Assembly: GCA_951406725.2 (NCBI GenBank)
Contig: OX597820.1
Coordinates: forward strand, 127,162,001 to 127,226,000
DNA: 64,000 nt
Source of the DNA: Octopus vulgaris
Taxonomy: Eukaryota
Direction of reading: 5' to 3'
Under the pieces are notes generated by a model, which saw nothing but the letters and a program-made list of their open reading frames with translations, was not told where the DNA came from and did not search any database. Of the stretch, positions 13,285 to 25,707 are shown piece by piece; the first letter of the stretch is position 1; the number at the start of each line of letters is the position of its first letter. The translations under genes and the position numbers were made by a program.

Positions 13285-14024
13285 AAATATATAGAAAAAA
13301 TTAAAAGAACATGAAAATGATGAAGTTAATATATTTTGTCAGTGCCAACTTTTTATTTCTAGTAAGGCATGGAAAACATTTACATAAAAATTTATATACA
13401 TTGATGTACTCTCTCCAGTTCAGCTATAAAATAAATAACATTCAGTCGAATTGCTGTGTATAGTTTGTTGAACTGTGGAACCCGATGCATTGTCTGAATC
13501 CTTCTGCATTGACTCAAGCAGGCAGACACCGTCATCATCATCATCATCATCATAACTTCCACTTTTCCATGCATGAATGGGCTCAGATGGAATTTGTTGA
13601 AATGAATTCTCGATGACCAGATGACCTCCCTCATTGGCAACCTTCACATTTCCTAGCAAGGTAATATTTTTTTCCCCATGACTGGATATGTTTCCATGTA
13701 AGATTGGAAATGGATGACACTGCTTGTATGATGATGATGATGATGATGCTGCTTGGTTGGAGACACATGCACACACACACATTTGCGTCTGTGTGCATGT
13801 ATGTATATATATATATTTCATCATGTTGAACCTTTAATCCCTACAAATTTTTTTCTCACTCCATTTTTTTCTTCTCTTTCTCTATTTTTTTTTTTTGTCC
13901 CTTTTGATCCTTCCTGTCAAAGAGCATAGGCTTGAAACATGAAAAAGACTTCTCCATTCTTTCTGAGCATTAAACTAATACATCTACCTGTTCTTCCTTC
14001 ACCTTTAGTTTTCTGTAAATTTGC

Positions 14025-14059
<35 letters not shown>

Positions 14060-15013
14060 TCTGCTTCATCTATTTATAAGGCTTTGGTCAGCTCAGGACC
14101 AAAGTGGAAAATGTCAAAGGTGCCAAGCAGTGAGACTCAACCCTAAACCACATGGTTCGGAAACAAATGTCTTTACCACACAGCTATGATTGAGCCTCTT
14201 TCTGTCTACCTCATGTGGCTTTCTTCAATCTGGGTGTTTAGTAGAAGTGCCATGCAGTAGGCCTGAACTCAAAATCACATAGATAGGAAATAAACTTCTT
14301 AACCACTTTGTCATGTCTTTGAAAAATTGAATCCAGAATATGCAATCCTGAATTTCTACTATTATAGGTATAGACATGGGCATATGATTGAAAGATTTCA
14401 GTTCCACTCTCTGTGCAGCACCATAGGCCTGTGTCTTCTTTTGCTCTTGCATCAGGTTGACCAAAGCCTTGTGAGTGAAATTTGATAAATGAGAACTTTG
14501 TGAAAGTTTGTCAAAGATGTGTATATGTGTGTGTATTTGTGCTCATGTATGTGTATACATAAACACAGGCGTGGTTGTGTGGTAAGAAGCTTGCTTCCCA
14601 ACCATATGGTTCTGTGTTTAGGCCCATTGCATGGCACCTTGGGCAAGTGTCCTCTACTATAACCTCAGGCTGACCAAAGCCTTGAGTGGATTTGGTAGAT
14701 GGAAACTGAAAGAAGCCCATCGTATATGTGTGTGTGTGTGTGCTTGTGTCTATGCTTGTCTCCCTACCATCACTTGACAAGCAACGTTTGTGTGTTTCCG
14801 TACCCATTAGTTAGTGGTTTGGTAAAAGAGGCTGATAGAAGAAGTACTAGGCTTGCAAAGAATAAATCCTGGGGTCGATTTCTTTGACTAGAAAACCTTT
14901 GATGGTGGTGCTACAGCATGACTAAAACAAGTAAAGATATAGATATATATATATATATATAATATAATTGAAAAAATAGTCAACAAGAAGTGTGGTTAGA
15001 TAACTATCTAATA

Positions 15014-15122
15014 AACATTACACATGTTTCGATACAACAAAGATCCACATCTACACAGAATTTAAAGTAAACAACAGTTTACCTGTGTAATGGGATTCAG
15101 TTGTGTCTCCTCAGGTGATATT
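15014..15122 (-). ncRNA. Hammerhead-ribozyme-like motif with extended stem II (probably decayed)
   Basis: Minus strand AATATCAC-CTGAGGA-[~80-nt hairpin]-GAAACATGT-GTAATGTT. Confidence 0.55.
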
Positions 15123-15223
15123 TAGTAGCTGCCCAATTAATAAACCTTTTGACTTCGATGCTAACACATGTTTACAGTAATACTTCTGTTAGCTCACTGG
15201 ATATGTTCCTTAACCCTTTAGCT

Positions 15224-15881
15224 CAATGGGGGGTTCTCAATCATTTTTTGCCTCTGGGCCATTTTGGTTCTTATTTAACTCTAATGGACCCCCAAAGTTA
15301 CTTAATATTTCAAGAAATTCCATTTTATTTCTATAATTAAATATTAGGAATTGTATAAAAAAAAATGTTGGAATATTGTATTGTAGAAGAGTACTCTTTT
15401 ACTTGTTTCAGTCATTTGACTGTGGCCATGCTGGAGCACCACCTTTAGTCGAGCAAATCAACCCCAGGACTTATTCTTTGTAAGCCCAGTACTTATTCTA
15501 TCGCTCTCTTTATACCGAACTGCTAAGTTACGGCGACGTAAACTCACCAGCATCGGTTGACAAGCAATGTTGCGCGGACAAACACAGACACACAAACATA
15601 TATACACACATACATATATATACATATATACGACGGGCTTCTTTCAGTTTCCATCTACCAAATCCACTCACAAGTCTTTGGTCGGCCCGAGGCTATAGTA
15701 GAAGACACTTGCCCAAGGTGCCACGCAGTGGAACTGAACCCGGAACTATGTGGTTGGTAAGCAAGCTACTTACCACACAGCCACTCCTACGCCTATAAGC
15801 AATTTATTGCACATAAATTTTAACAGCAAAATCTTCTATTGGACACCCAAGGGTCATGTGGACCCTGGCTGAGAACCCCTG
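15224..15881. mobile_element. hAT-like MITE nested in the piggyBac-like MITE
   Basis: Termini ca..ggggttctca / tgagaacccctg; degenerate 8-bp TSD ctttagct/ctttggcc. Confidence 0.65.
15393..15797 (-). mobile_element. Full-length family A SINE
   Basis: High identity to 6752-7137 and 48847-49240; nested in the hAT-like MITE. Confidence 0.9.
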
Positions 15882-16030
15882 CTTTGGCCCTTAAACTGGG
15901 CAAATCTGGCCCCTCACAGCTACAAAATCATTTTTAAAATAATCACAGCATCATTGAAATCACAAAACTAAAAAAATAATACTTCATTAATTAGAAACAA
16001 TGTGAACAAATAAGCATTCTACTTGACTGT

Positions 16031-16355
16031 GTGATGTTACATGACTCAGTGGTGAGAGCATCGGGTTTACAATCATGAGGTAGTGAATTCAATTCCCAGA
16101 CCGAGCTGTGTGTTGTGTTCTTGAGCAAGACACTTTATTTCGTGTTGCTCCAGTTCACTCAACTGTAGGAAAGCAATTGTGATGTCACTGGTGCCAAGCT
16201 GTATCAGCCCCCTTTGCCTTTCCCTTGGATAACATTGGTGGCATGGAGAGAGGAGGCTGGTATGCATAGGTCTTCCGTAAAACTTGCCTGGACTTCCGTG
16301 TCAGAGTTTAACTTTCTAGGTGCAATCCCATGGTCATTCATAACTGAAGGGGGTC
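16031..16355 (+). mobile_element. SINE family E with 10-bp target-site duplication
   Basis: tRNA-like head (ctcagtggtgagagca...gaattcaattccc); perfect TSD ACTTGACTGT at 16021-16030 and 16356-16365; inverted relative at 20848-21130. Confidence 0.85.
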
Positions 16356-16451
16356 ACTTGACTGTATCTAAATGTTAAAGGGTTAAACAAGTGGTGATGG
16401 GTAAGCTAAGCACTAAAGGGTTTTACAAAAATAAAAACCAAAAAAAACAAT

Positions 16452-16570
16452 GCTTACGGCCATATCACGTTGAAAGCACTGGTTCTCGTCCGATCACCGA
16501 AGTTAAGCAACATCGAGCCTAGTTAGTACTTAGATGGGTGACCGCTTGGGAAACCTGGGTGCTGTAAGCA
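16452..16570 (+). rRNA. Solitary full-length 5S rRNA copy (probably retroposed pseudogene)
   Basis: GCTTACGGCCATATCACGTTGAAAGCAC...GTCCGATCACCGAAGTTAAGCAAC...TTAGTACTTAGATGGGTGACCGCTTGGGAAACC...GTGCTGTAAGCA; termini pair (GCTTAC/GTAAGC); box A and box C recognisable; single copy, not in an array. Confidence 0.92.
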
Positions 16571-18005
16571 TTCCATTCCTTTTAATGGTGTTGCCCCAGC
16601 ATGGCCACAGCTCGTGAGCTGAAACTAGATAAAATGAAATGCTAAATGAAACAGTGTTATACATGCTCATTGTATCATAACTAAGAGTTGTAAACTTGGT
16701 AAGCAGTTTTTAACTAATACAAATGAAGGTGATAGACATCACCAAATGACTAAAAAAAGGTTCAGTGACCTGCTGTCACACCTTTCGAAGCACTCAATAA
16801 CTTGAGATAACCTCATGCAATGTGACGTCTCACATTGTGATTTAAAGTTAAGATAAAATTAGAAAGCAAGTTTTAATTAAAATCTAATGCTATTATAAAT
16901 TACGAAGCAGTTGATTTAATCGACTTTAATCACAATTACACAGTTTTACTGACCATTAATTTCGCAGAAAAGTAGCAGCGAGAAATAAGAACAGTTAATG
17001 CATAGCTACAACTGTGGCTCAGGCCAGAGTTTTTCTTTCTTTTTTATATATATTTTACTGCATATTGATTGATTTTTTTTGAAGAACGCATTTAACTCTT
17101 CAGCATTCAGATTACTCTGTCGAATGTAATGCTTATTTATTCATATTGCTTTGAATTAATCATGCAGGCATGGCTGTGTGGTAAGAAACTTGCTTCTCAA
17201 CCACATGGTTCCAGGTTCAGTCCCACTGTGTAGCACCTTCTGCTTTAGTACCTTCTGCTGTAGCCTCAGGCTGACCAAAACCTTGTGAGTAGATTTGGTA
17301 GAGGAAAACTGAAAGAAGCCTGTCATGTGACCACGTGTGTACCGTTGGCGTTTTTTTTTTTTTTCCTCCGTCTTCCCTTCTTTGGATCTTTCCTTTTCCT
17401 ATGTTTCTGACGAAACGTTAAACCCTCCTTCTTTCCTGAGCGTCCAATAACACTATACTTGCTCCACGTCCTCGCATTGTTGTGTTTTCTCTTTGTGTTT
17501 TCATGTTTGAATTAACTGATATATATTGGGTCATTCCATAAATAATGTGGTTTTTTCAATTGCATGAAATGAAAATCAGAGGGGGATGGGATAAACTACC
17601 TGCATCAACTTTCTATAGAAGCAGCTAGTAATTTCACTCCTAGTTCAATTACTTTGATTCTGAGATCAACAAATTACTATATTTGCTGGCATATACAACT
17701 CCTGCCTTTTTCACAAGAATTCTTTACAGAACAAACACATTTATAAGCTTAGTCATACTCCTATTGAAAGATATTGTATTGTGGTTTTGCATGGGAAAAT
17801 GTTTTATTCTGTTCATGTAAATATAATGTTGCTACAATAGACTAGAATAAAACATATTCTTTCAAATTACCTGTATAGTTCTTATATATTTTCAGTCTCG
17901 CAAATTGCTATGCAGGATGTAAAAACTGATATTATGGGCCGTGATGTTTGTAAATGCGATAAGCCAGCAGGGTGGGTAGTGTACCACTGCTATGTATGGT
18001 TTTGT

Positions 18006-18224
18006 TGTCAGCTACCGTGGCTGGGCCTCTCTGTTCCATATTCATCTTGTCAGCTACCGTGGCTGGGCCTCTCTGTTCCATATTCATCTTGTCAGCTACC
18101 GTGGCTGGGCCTCTCTGTTCCATATTCATCTTGTCAGCTACCGTGGCTGGGCCTCTCTGTTCCATATTCATCTTGTCAGCTACCGTGGCTGGGCCTCTCT
18201 CTTCCATATTGATCTTGTCAGCTA
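18006..18224. repeat. 42-bp minisatellite, 5 copies plus a partial copy
   Basis: TGTCAGCTACCGTGGCTGGGCCTCTCTGTTCCATATTCATCT repeated at 18006, 18048, 18090, 18132 and 18174. Confidence 0.97.
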
Positions 18225-18555
18225 TGAGTAAGCCTACAGAATTCAAGAATCTTCATTTGTGAAACCAAATGTTTGTGATTCCTTGACCTAAGTAGACCCT
18301 TCTGCTTATAAGAAACATCATTGTCATCATTTCGATGCCCACTTTTCCATGTTTGCATATGTTGGGTGGAGTTTGCTGAAGCAGATTTCTGTGGTCAGAT
18401 GCTGTTCTTGTTGTTAACCTCCTTCACCTATTTCCAATCTACATATTTCCCCGTAACAGGACATGTTTTCACAGAAGATTGGAAATGGATGCCACTTGCA
18501 TGATGATGACACTTGCTTACAACTATCATGCAATGTCAAAGTTGCGTGCGCGTGC

Positions 18556-18586
<31 letters not shown>

Positions 18587-18739
18587 AAGGGTGTGATAGG
18601 TAAATTGTCAGGATTTTATATTTGTAATTTCATGTATGTGTACTGTTTGTTTTTGATTTTGTCGACTACACAGTATAGTAGGGTCAGTTGGGCACCGTCT
18701 GTGAGAAATACAGCACCATGATACAATTCACTCTGCCAG

Positions 18740-19162
18740 AAATTTGGAAACAACTGCTTGGCATTCATGCTGCAAGCTCCAGTACAAACAGATGGTGAAC
18801 ACACAGAACAACCATTTCCTTGCTGTGTCCCCAAAACATGTACCAAGAATGATAAAAATCAAACAGCCAGTCAGCATCATTGTGTTTGGAGTGATCACTA
18901 GCGATGGCGATGTTATGCCTCCATTCATTTTCTTACACGGCCTCAGACTCAACATCGAGGCCTACATGAAGTGCCTGGAGGAGGTAGTGCTGCCCTGAGT
19001 CAAGAGGGTGGCTGCTGGAAGACCCTATGTCTGGCAACAGGACTCTGCGCCCTGCCAGACAAATTGGAGAACCCAGTCATGGCCGTCAGACAATTTCTGC
19101 AACCACATCACCCCTAATAATTTGGCCACCTAACTCCCCAGACTGCAACCCCCTTGATTACT
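18740..19162 (+). pseudogene. Tc1/mariner-superfamily transposase relic, DD37D (maT) type
   Basis: VSIIVFGVITSDG...YMKCLEEVVLP*VKRVAAGRPYVWQQDSAPC...(1-nt shift)WPPNSPDCNPLDY; 37 residues between the second and third Asp after frameshift correction. Confidence 0.85.
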
Positions 19163-20520
19163 GCTTTACCATATTGTCTTTGTTGTAAAAATGCTGGTGA
19201 TGGTAGTAATTGTTATAATCATAATATTATTATTAGACAATTGCAGCGTTGAAGGTGTTTATAAGCCATTTAAGAAACACACAAAAACCGTTAGATTCAC
19301 TTCAACATTTAAATTTAATTTGTCAAAATATGTTAAAGTGAATCTAACGGTTTTTGTGTGTTTCTTAAATGGCTTATAAACACCTTCCACGCTGCTATTG
19401 TTTTCGTTCCAGCTCACGATCTCAGATCAAGTCACTCGCTATGCAAGTACATCTCCGTAATTATTATTAGAAATAGATTTAAAATCATCACTGTCATCAC
19501 CACTACAATTATCATCTGTCATCACTTCCATTCTTATTGCCATCACCTCCAATGACCATAAGTACATGAACCAATGAGGTTGCTTTCCTGTAGACACTCA
19601 ACGTGTTAGAAGTAGCAGTCAAATCTCCTTCAAACTATTGTACTATCTTTCAGAAAACGGGTCTGCTGGATTATGTATTCTTGGGTTTGTTGCACACAAG
19701 AAAAAAAGACAGGCTGCTTAAGAGTGGAATGCCTTCAATTATAGGGCTGTTCATTTGAGGGGTAGCGAGTGATTGGGGGTTAAATTGTAGCAGACATATC
19801 TCCATGAGCCATCAAGAATACAGGCTGCGATTATGATATCTCAGTCAGAAACAGCAACCAAATATTTCTCGGATCTCATGGATGTTCTATGTCTGAATAA
19901 AAAACATCATGATGACGATGACTGGAACACTTTTGATAATAGATTTTGAATTTGTTCAATTGGTGATGACGTGGGTTTTTAAGCAACAACTAGACATCAC
20001 CACCATGATGATTTGTAGTTTGAAGAATAACATAGAACATAACATCTGCTTGCAGAACCATCCAATTTATGCTTAATTCCCCCTCCCCCCCACCACACAC
20101 ACATGTATATAAAAGAGATAGGGAGAGAAGGGCAAGTGGCAGAGAGGGGGAGTGCAAGTGGGGAAGTTGATTGATGAGTGAGTAAGTGAAAGTAAGTAAG
20201 TTATTCAGACATAAATATATTTTTGGTACTATTGTTGGTTTGGTGTTAACTTCTGTTGCAGTTTAAGCATTGGAATCTCAGACATAAGATTTGTCCGATC
20301 TAATGAGGAAAAGAAAAAGAAAAACATTTTCAACAAACAGAAAATAACTATATGTATAAAAAAAAATCTAAAAATATTATGATTACAAAATGAATGACTG
20401 AAGAAATTTTGGCACTTATGACTATGGATATGTATGTATGTATGTGTGTGTGTGTGTGTGTATATATGTATATATATATACATCTATATTTTCATTTTGC
20501 TTTTCTTTGTCTTTTTTCAG

Positions 20521-20592
20521 GAGGCTCAGTTTCAGAGATTATCTGAAAAACTTGACATTGAAAGACAACCCGTAGCCAACAAATTGAAAAAG
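20521..20592 (+). CDS. CTNND2: Internal coding exon of a delta-catenin/p120-family (catenin delta-2/plakophilin-4-like) gene, N-terminal coiled coil
   Basis: Strong acceptor (ttttgcttttctttgtcttttttcag), 72 nt in phase 0/0, donor AAG|gtattt. Translates EAQFQRLSEKLDIERQPVANKLKK, resembling vertebrate CTNND2/PKP4 '[24 protein letters not shown]' as recalled. Exact paralog assignment uncertain. Confidence 0.85.
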
Positions 20593-23189
20593 GTATTTAG
20601 CAAACATTAAGAATTTTATTTACTTAAATACATAAATAAATATAATATGTCTGTATAAATATGCATGTTTTGTTTTTGTAATCATCTGAAGTTACAAAGT
20701 TACTTTGTTATTTGGTAAGTTCCACCTGCACAGAGTTCTTGGTCCTTGAGTCACTTTGTAATTTCTGCCAGTTAAGAATTTTCTTAAAATGGTGTTTATT
20801 CAGGTTTTGAGTTCTGTTTACCTTGTCTGTACTAAAAAAAGTAAAAGCTCTCTTTAGTCATGCATAACCATGGGATTGTTCCTAGAAAGTTACCCTCTGA
20901 GGCACAAGTCTGTTTATGGAAGACGAGCAGTTATCCATGCATACCAGCCTCCCCTCTCCATGTTATCAAAGGGAAAGTTCCGATAGTTTAACACCAGTGA
21001 TGTTGCAACTCATTTCTACAGCTGAGTGAAACTGGAGCAACGTGAAATAAAGTGTCTTGCTCTCGGTCAGGGAATCAAACTCACTCCCTCATGATTGTGA
21101 GTCTGACACTCCAACCACTAAGCCATGCACCTTACTGTACTACCAAACCTGTAAAATATGAGTGCATAAATGTGTGTGAATGTGTGTGGGTGAGAGAGTG
21201 TGTGTCCTGTCCATCTGTCAGAGTAATGAGGACCATCTGGACATCCTGTGAGATGACTGATAACATTCATGGTAACTTTGTTTAAAATGAAGGGTTGTGC
21301 ACCAACAACCTCACTTTCTTGTCTGTGATCCAATGGCAAGACAAGGTCAAGATGACTGGGAACAGGGACAGATGCTGGGGATGACAAAGATGTCTTACTT
21401 GCCACACCTTGCTCTCTCCATTTTACAATGAATGCGTTGCCAGTACTGCCTGACTGGCCCCGTGCCGGTGGTACGTAGAAGGACCCACTACACTCTCGCA
21501 GTGGTTGGCGTTAGGAAGGGCGTCCAGCTGTAGAAACTCTGCCAGATCAAGATTGGGGCCTGGTGCAGCCATCTGGTTTGCCAGCCCTCAGTCATTCATC
21601 CAACCCATGCTAGCATGAAAGTGGACGTTAAATGATGATGATGATGATGTTGCTGTAGCCACTTTGTCTTCCATTGAACCATGAAGGTTTCTTCTGCAAA
21701 GTCCACTGGATCCAGTCTTCACACGCATAAGTAGACAAACCCCTAATATGCCAATCAACATTTGTGGGGAATGGTTTGTTTGGTAAAATCTGGAAAGGAA
21801 TCTCTCAAGACTTCTGAAAAACTCCAGCATCGATCCAGAATCATTGAAAAAACCTTATTGGAGAAAGCTGTATGTGATGTAATTTCTGCCAAGAGCAGGA
21901 TTAAATATCTATTGCAGGCATAGCACAACTTATGTTGGTAATTGATTCCAAAACATGTGAATTAACTCAAAAAAATTTTAATAATGTGAGAAAACATTTA
22001 AAAAAAATTTATTAGCTGATATCTGTTCTGAGACGTGAAATACTTGTCACTGAAAAGAACAACTTTGAGTATATGTGTACACACACACGCACACATATTG
22101 TGTGTGTGTACCTATAATATAGTGTGTGGTGCTAATGCTATGTAAAAAGCACGCTGTACAGTGTGTAAAGTGGTTGGTATTATGAAGGGCCTCCAGCTGT
22201 AGAAATTGTGCCAGAACAAATAATGAAGCCTGGTGCAGCTCCTGGTCTTACCAATTCCTTTCAAACCGTCCTACCCATACCAGCATGGAAAACAATCATT
22301 AAATGATGTTGGCGATAATGATGATGACGTTGTTTGGGCATATTTTCGCATGTATTTTATTTAATTTTCCACCGCAGTATTGATTTTTAGGAGGTTTTTT
22401 TTTTTTTAAAGTTTAATGTTTTTAAATAGGTTTTCTGAGACTGACAATAAATCAAATAAATTGACTGAAGTCGAGGTTTACCGTTTCCATTAATTTCTCA
22501 AAAAGAAAGAAAAAAAGAAGAAAAAAACACAAATAAGACGTAAAGCTGTAAAAGATGTAACATGAAAGAACATTAAGTTGAGGTTTGCCTGTATAAATGC
22601 CTCTGAATGAAAAGACAAGAAACTCTTCTTGATTACTCTTGAATACATCCATGAGTGATGTCATAGTTTCCATACACAAATATGTGTGTGTGTGTTAGAG
22701 TGATTGAATGTGTATGCAGTGACATATTACTTCTTTGCTGCCATCCACCAAACAAAATGTTACTAAGTTACCGAGTGAGAATAATGTGATGTCCTAAACT
22801 AAAATTTGGACAAGGGGCTGAAGGAGAAAGAATATGCTGAAACTAAACAAGGTGTATAAAGGCTGTGTATAAAACTGTACTTATTTCACTTAATCAAACT
22901 AAAATCATAACATTTGTTTTAACACCCTACTCCCCCCCCCCCACTCTCTAATCACACTTCTATTAACTTTGGTTTCTACACCAAACACAGAACTGCTCTG
23001 AATTATTCAACAGATCACACTTAAAATTCATCTGTGATTTTGTGCACTTGTTGACCGTTTGTTTGTGTGTGGGAAAGTAACTCTGTTTTGAATACTTATA
23101 TGGAGTTGGGGCTGTACAAGTTTCACTACATTTCTTGTGCATAAATTTTCATGTACGAATACATCATCACTAAAAGTAACATATTATAA

Positions 23190-23723
23190 GAAGCATATGT
23201 GTGTGTATGTATATGTATGTATGTGTGTCTGCTTGTGAAGACCTGTTGAGGCAAGTGAAATCAAAAGCAAAATCAAATTCGATGACTGGCATCCATGCTA
23301 GTGGAGCGCTAAGCATGATCATTGCCGGAGCAACAAGCTGGCCTCTGTGCTGATGGCACGTAAAAAAACACCATTCAAGCATGATCGTTACCTGCATCGC
23401 CTTACTGGCACTTGTGCTAGTGGCACGTGAAAAAACATTCGAGCGAGGTCGTTGCCAGTGCCACTGGACTGGCTCATGTGCAGGTGGCACATAAAAAGCA
23501 GCATTTGAGCATGGCTACTGCCAGTACCACCTGACTGGGCCTCGTGCTGGTGGCACGTAAAAGCACTCACTACACTCTCAGAGTGGTTGGTGTTAGGAAG
23601 GGCATCCAGCTGTAGAAATTCTGCCAGATCAGATTGGAATCTGGTGCAGCCATCTGGTTCGCAGACCTCAGTCAAATCATCCAACCCATGCTAGCATGGA
23701 AAGCAGACATTAAATGATGATGT
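23190..23723 (+). mobile_element. Retroelement 3' region (family C) with internal GGTGGCACGTAAAAAGCAC subrepeats and (GAT)n tail
   Basis: Five subrepeats, then ttaggaagggcatccagctgtagaa...gcatggaaagcagacattaaatgatga; 5'-truncated relatives at 380-712, 21440-21650, 22130-22330 and 5990-6200 (minus). Confidence 0.8.
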
Positions 23724-24207
23724 GTATATATATATATATATATTAAACAATGATTATATGTGTGCATACATGTGTGTGTATTGATTCCCAAGCTCATGTT
23801 CTTTGGTTCAGTTCTACTGCTTGTCACCTTGGCCAAATAAACCTGGGTCAAACAAAGCCTTCTGAGTGGATTTGGTTGGTGGAAACATAAAGAAGCTTGT
23901 GTGTCTGTGTCGGTACATTTGTTTCCTTGTCATGACATTGCTCGTTAGTTGTAAACGAACATCACCATCTTACAAGTGGTGCCCTTTATTTCCAATTTTC
24001 CTGGAAAACTTGTCTGGCAAAGGGAAAACATTACCATTTAGGAACAGGTGTGGGCTGATGTCAAGAAGGGCATCTGGCCATAGAAATTTTGCCTCAACAT
24101 GCTCTGCTCAACCCATGTGAGCATGAAAAAGTGAACATCAAAATGATGTAGACACATTTAACCATACTTAAAAGTTCTGCTCATTTCTCATGTAAATTGT
24201 TGACATC

Positions 24208-24575
24208 AGGCATGGCTGTGTGCTAAGAAATTTGTCTCCCAACCACATGGTTTCAGGTTCAGTTCCACTGCATGGCAACTTGGGTAAGTGTCTTCTACTA
24301 CAACCTCAGGTTGACCAAAATCTTGTGAGTGGGATTTGGTAGATGGAAGCTGAAAGAAGCCCATCATGTGTGTGTTTGTCCTTCACCACTGCTTCACAAC
24401 TGGTGTTGGTGTATTTACATCCCCATAACTAAGCAAAAGGTGACTGATAGAAATAAGTACCAGGCTTAAAATAAAATAAATATAAAGAGTGGAATCGATT
24501 TGTTCCACTAAAATTCAAGGTGGTGCCCCAGCATGGCCACAGTCTCATGACTGAAACAAGTAAAAGATGAAAGAA
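24208..24575 (+). mobile_element. Family A SINE
   Basis: ggcatggctgtgtg...ggttcagttccactg...ggtgccccagcatggccacagtctcatgactgaaacaagtaaaagat. Confidence 0.85.
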
Positions 24576-25676
24576 CATAAGAATTTAGAAACTTTGAGAG
24601 AACACGAAATCTTTTTTTGGAACTATGAAATCCAAAGCAGATAAAGCTGCAAATAACAGATTATAATAAATATTGGGTTTAAAAGCCTTTGAGTTTTTCT
24701 ATCCAAAAGCAGCAATTTTTTAACACCATATTTACATTGTATTATTTGTATTTTTTATCTGCTTTGTTTCACCACTCCAAAGAAAAAAAAAAAAAATGTA
24801 TGTGTGAACTTTATTATTGTTGCTAAAATATGTGAAGTACAATAGATTACTGGTGCATCCATGTCTCCCCTGGGATACACTGTCAACTATTGCTGGAGCT
24901 GTATTGTTAAAAAAGCAATGTATGTTCTGTGTATGATTATTGTTCACAAAGATTGCAAAAAAAAAAAAAACAAAAAAAAAAAACAATGTGGGAAAATATA
25001 TTTAAAAAAAAAGGAAGAAAGCTGTTTGATAAATTTATCTTTCGCTGTCTTTCTCACCTCCTCTTTTCTGTCTTTATTCATCTCTTCTTTGTCTCTTCTC
25101 CACTTTCTCACTTTTGCTGCCTCTCTCTTACACTCTCTTTATTCACTCTTCCCCTTTCTCTCCCCCATCACTTTCTCTCTGTCTTTTTCCTTCCCATTTC
25201 TTATCTTTCTTAGAATATATGTCTATGTAAGCATCATATTCGAATATAGCCATGTGTTATTGCCAGAGTTCATATTGATACACACACACACACGTCTGCA
25301 TATGTAATGATTTCTTTGGATTTCATATGGGGAGAATGAATTAAGACCCCCCCCCAAAAAAAAAAATTTTTTTTTTTCTAAATTTTATCCCATTCTATTT
25401 CTATTATTTATGTATATTATTAACCATGAGGATATGAATGGCCAAATGAATACTGACTACTTTTAAACTGGCCATGTCCAGCCCAAATATTCCACCTGTT
25501 CTATGTTCAAACCTGCCAGATCCGGCCTCTCACACCTACACTAAAATGCCATTCTAAAAATAACAATCACATCATCAAATTCTCAAAACATTTCTGCTTA
25601 TTTAAAATTTTTTTTATTAAAATGTCTTTTTTAAATTTAACATCAAATGGGTATTGTGTCGATTAGATTGGCTCCT

Positions 25677-25707
<31 letters not shown>

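Larger units (their letters stand above)
15210..16386. mobile_element. piggyBac-like MITE (TTAA|CCCTTTA...TAAAGGG|TTAA) inflated by nested insertions
   Basis: TTAA target duplication and CCCT/AGGG termini; internal sequence matches shorter copies at 3296-3493 and 25460-25590. Confidence 0.7.

Noticed and set aside
16031-16105. tRNA genes at SINE heads
   Set aside because: A/B boxes present but no complete cloverleaf; continuous with SINE bodies.
17910-18262. Four overlapping ORFs with 14-aa repeats
   Set aside because: Products of the 42-bp minisatellite, open in several frames on both strands.
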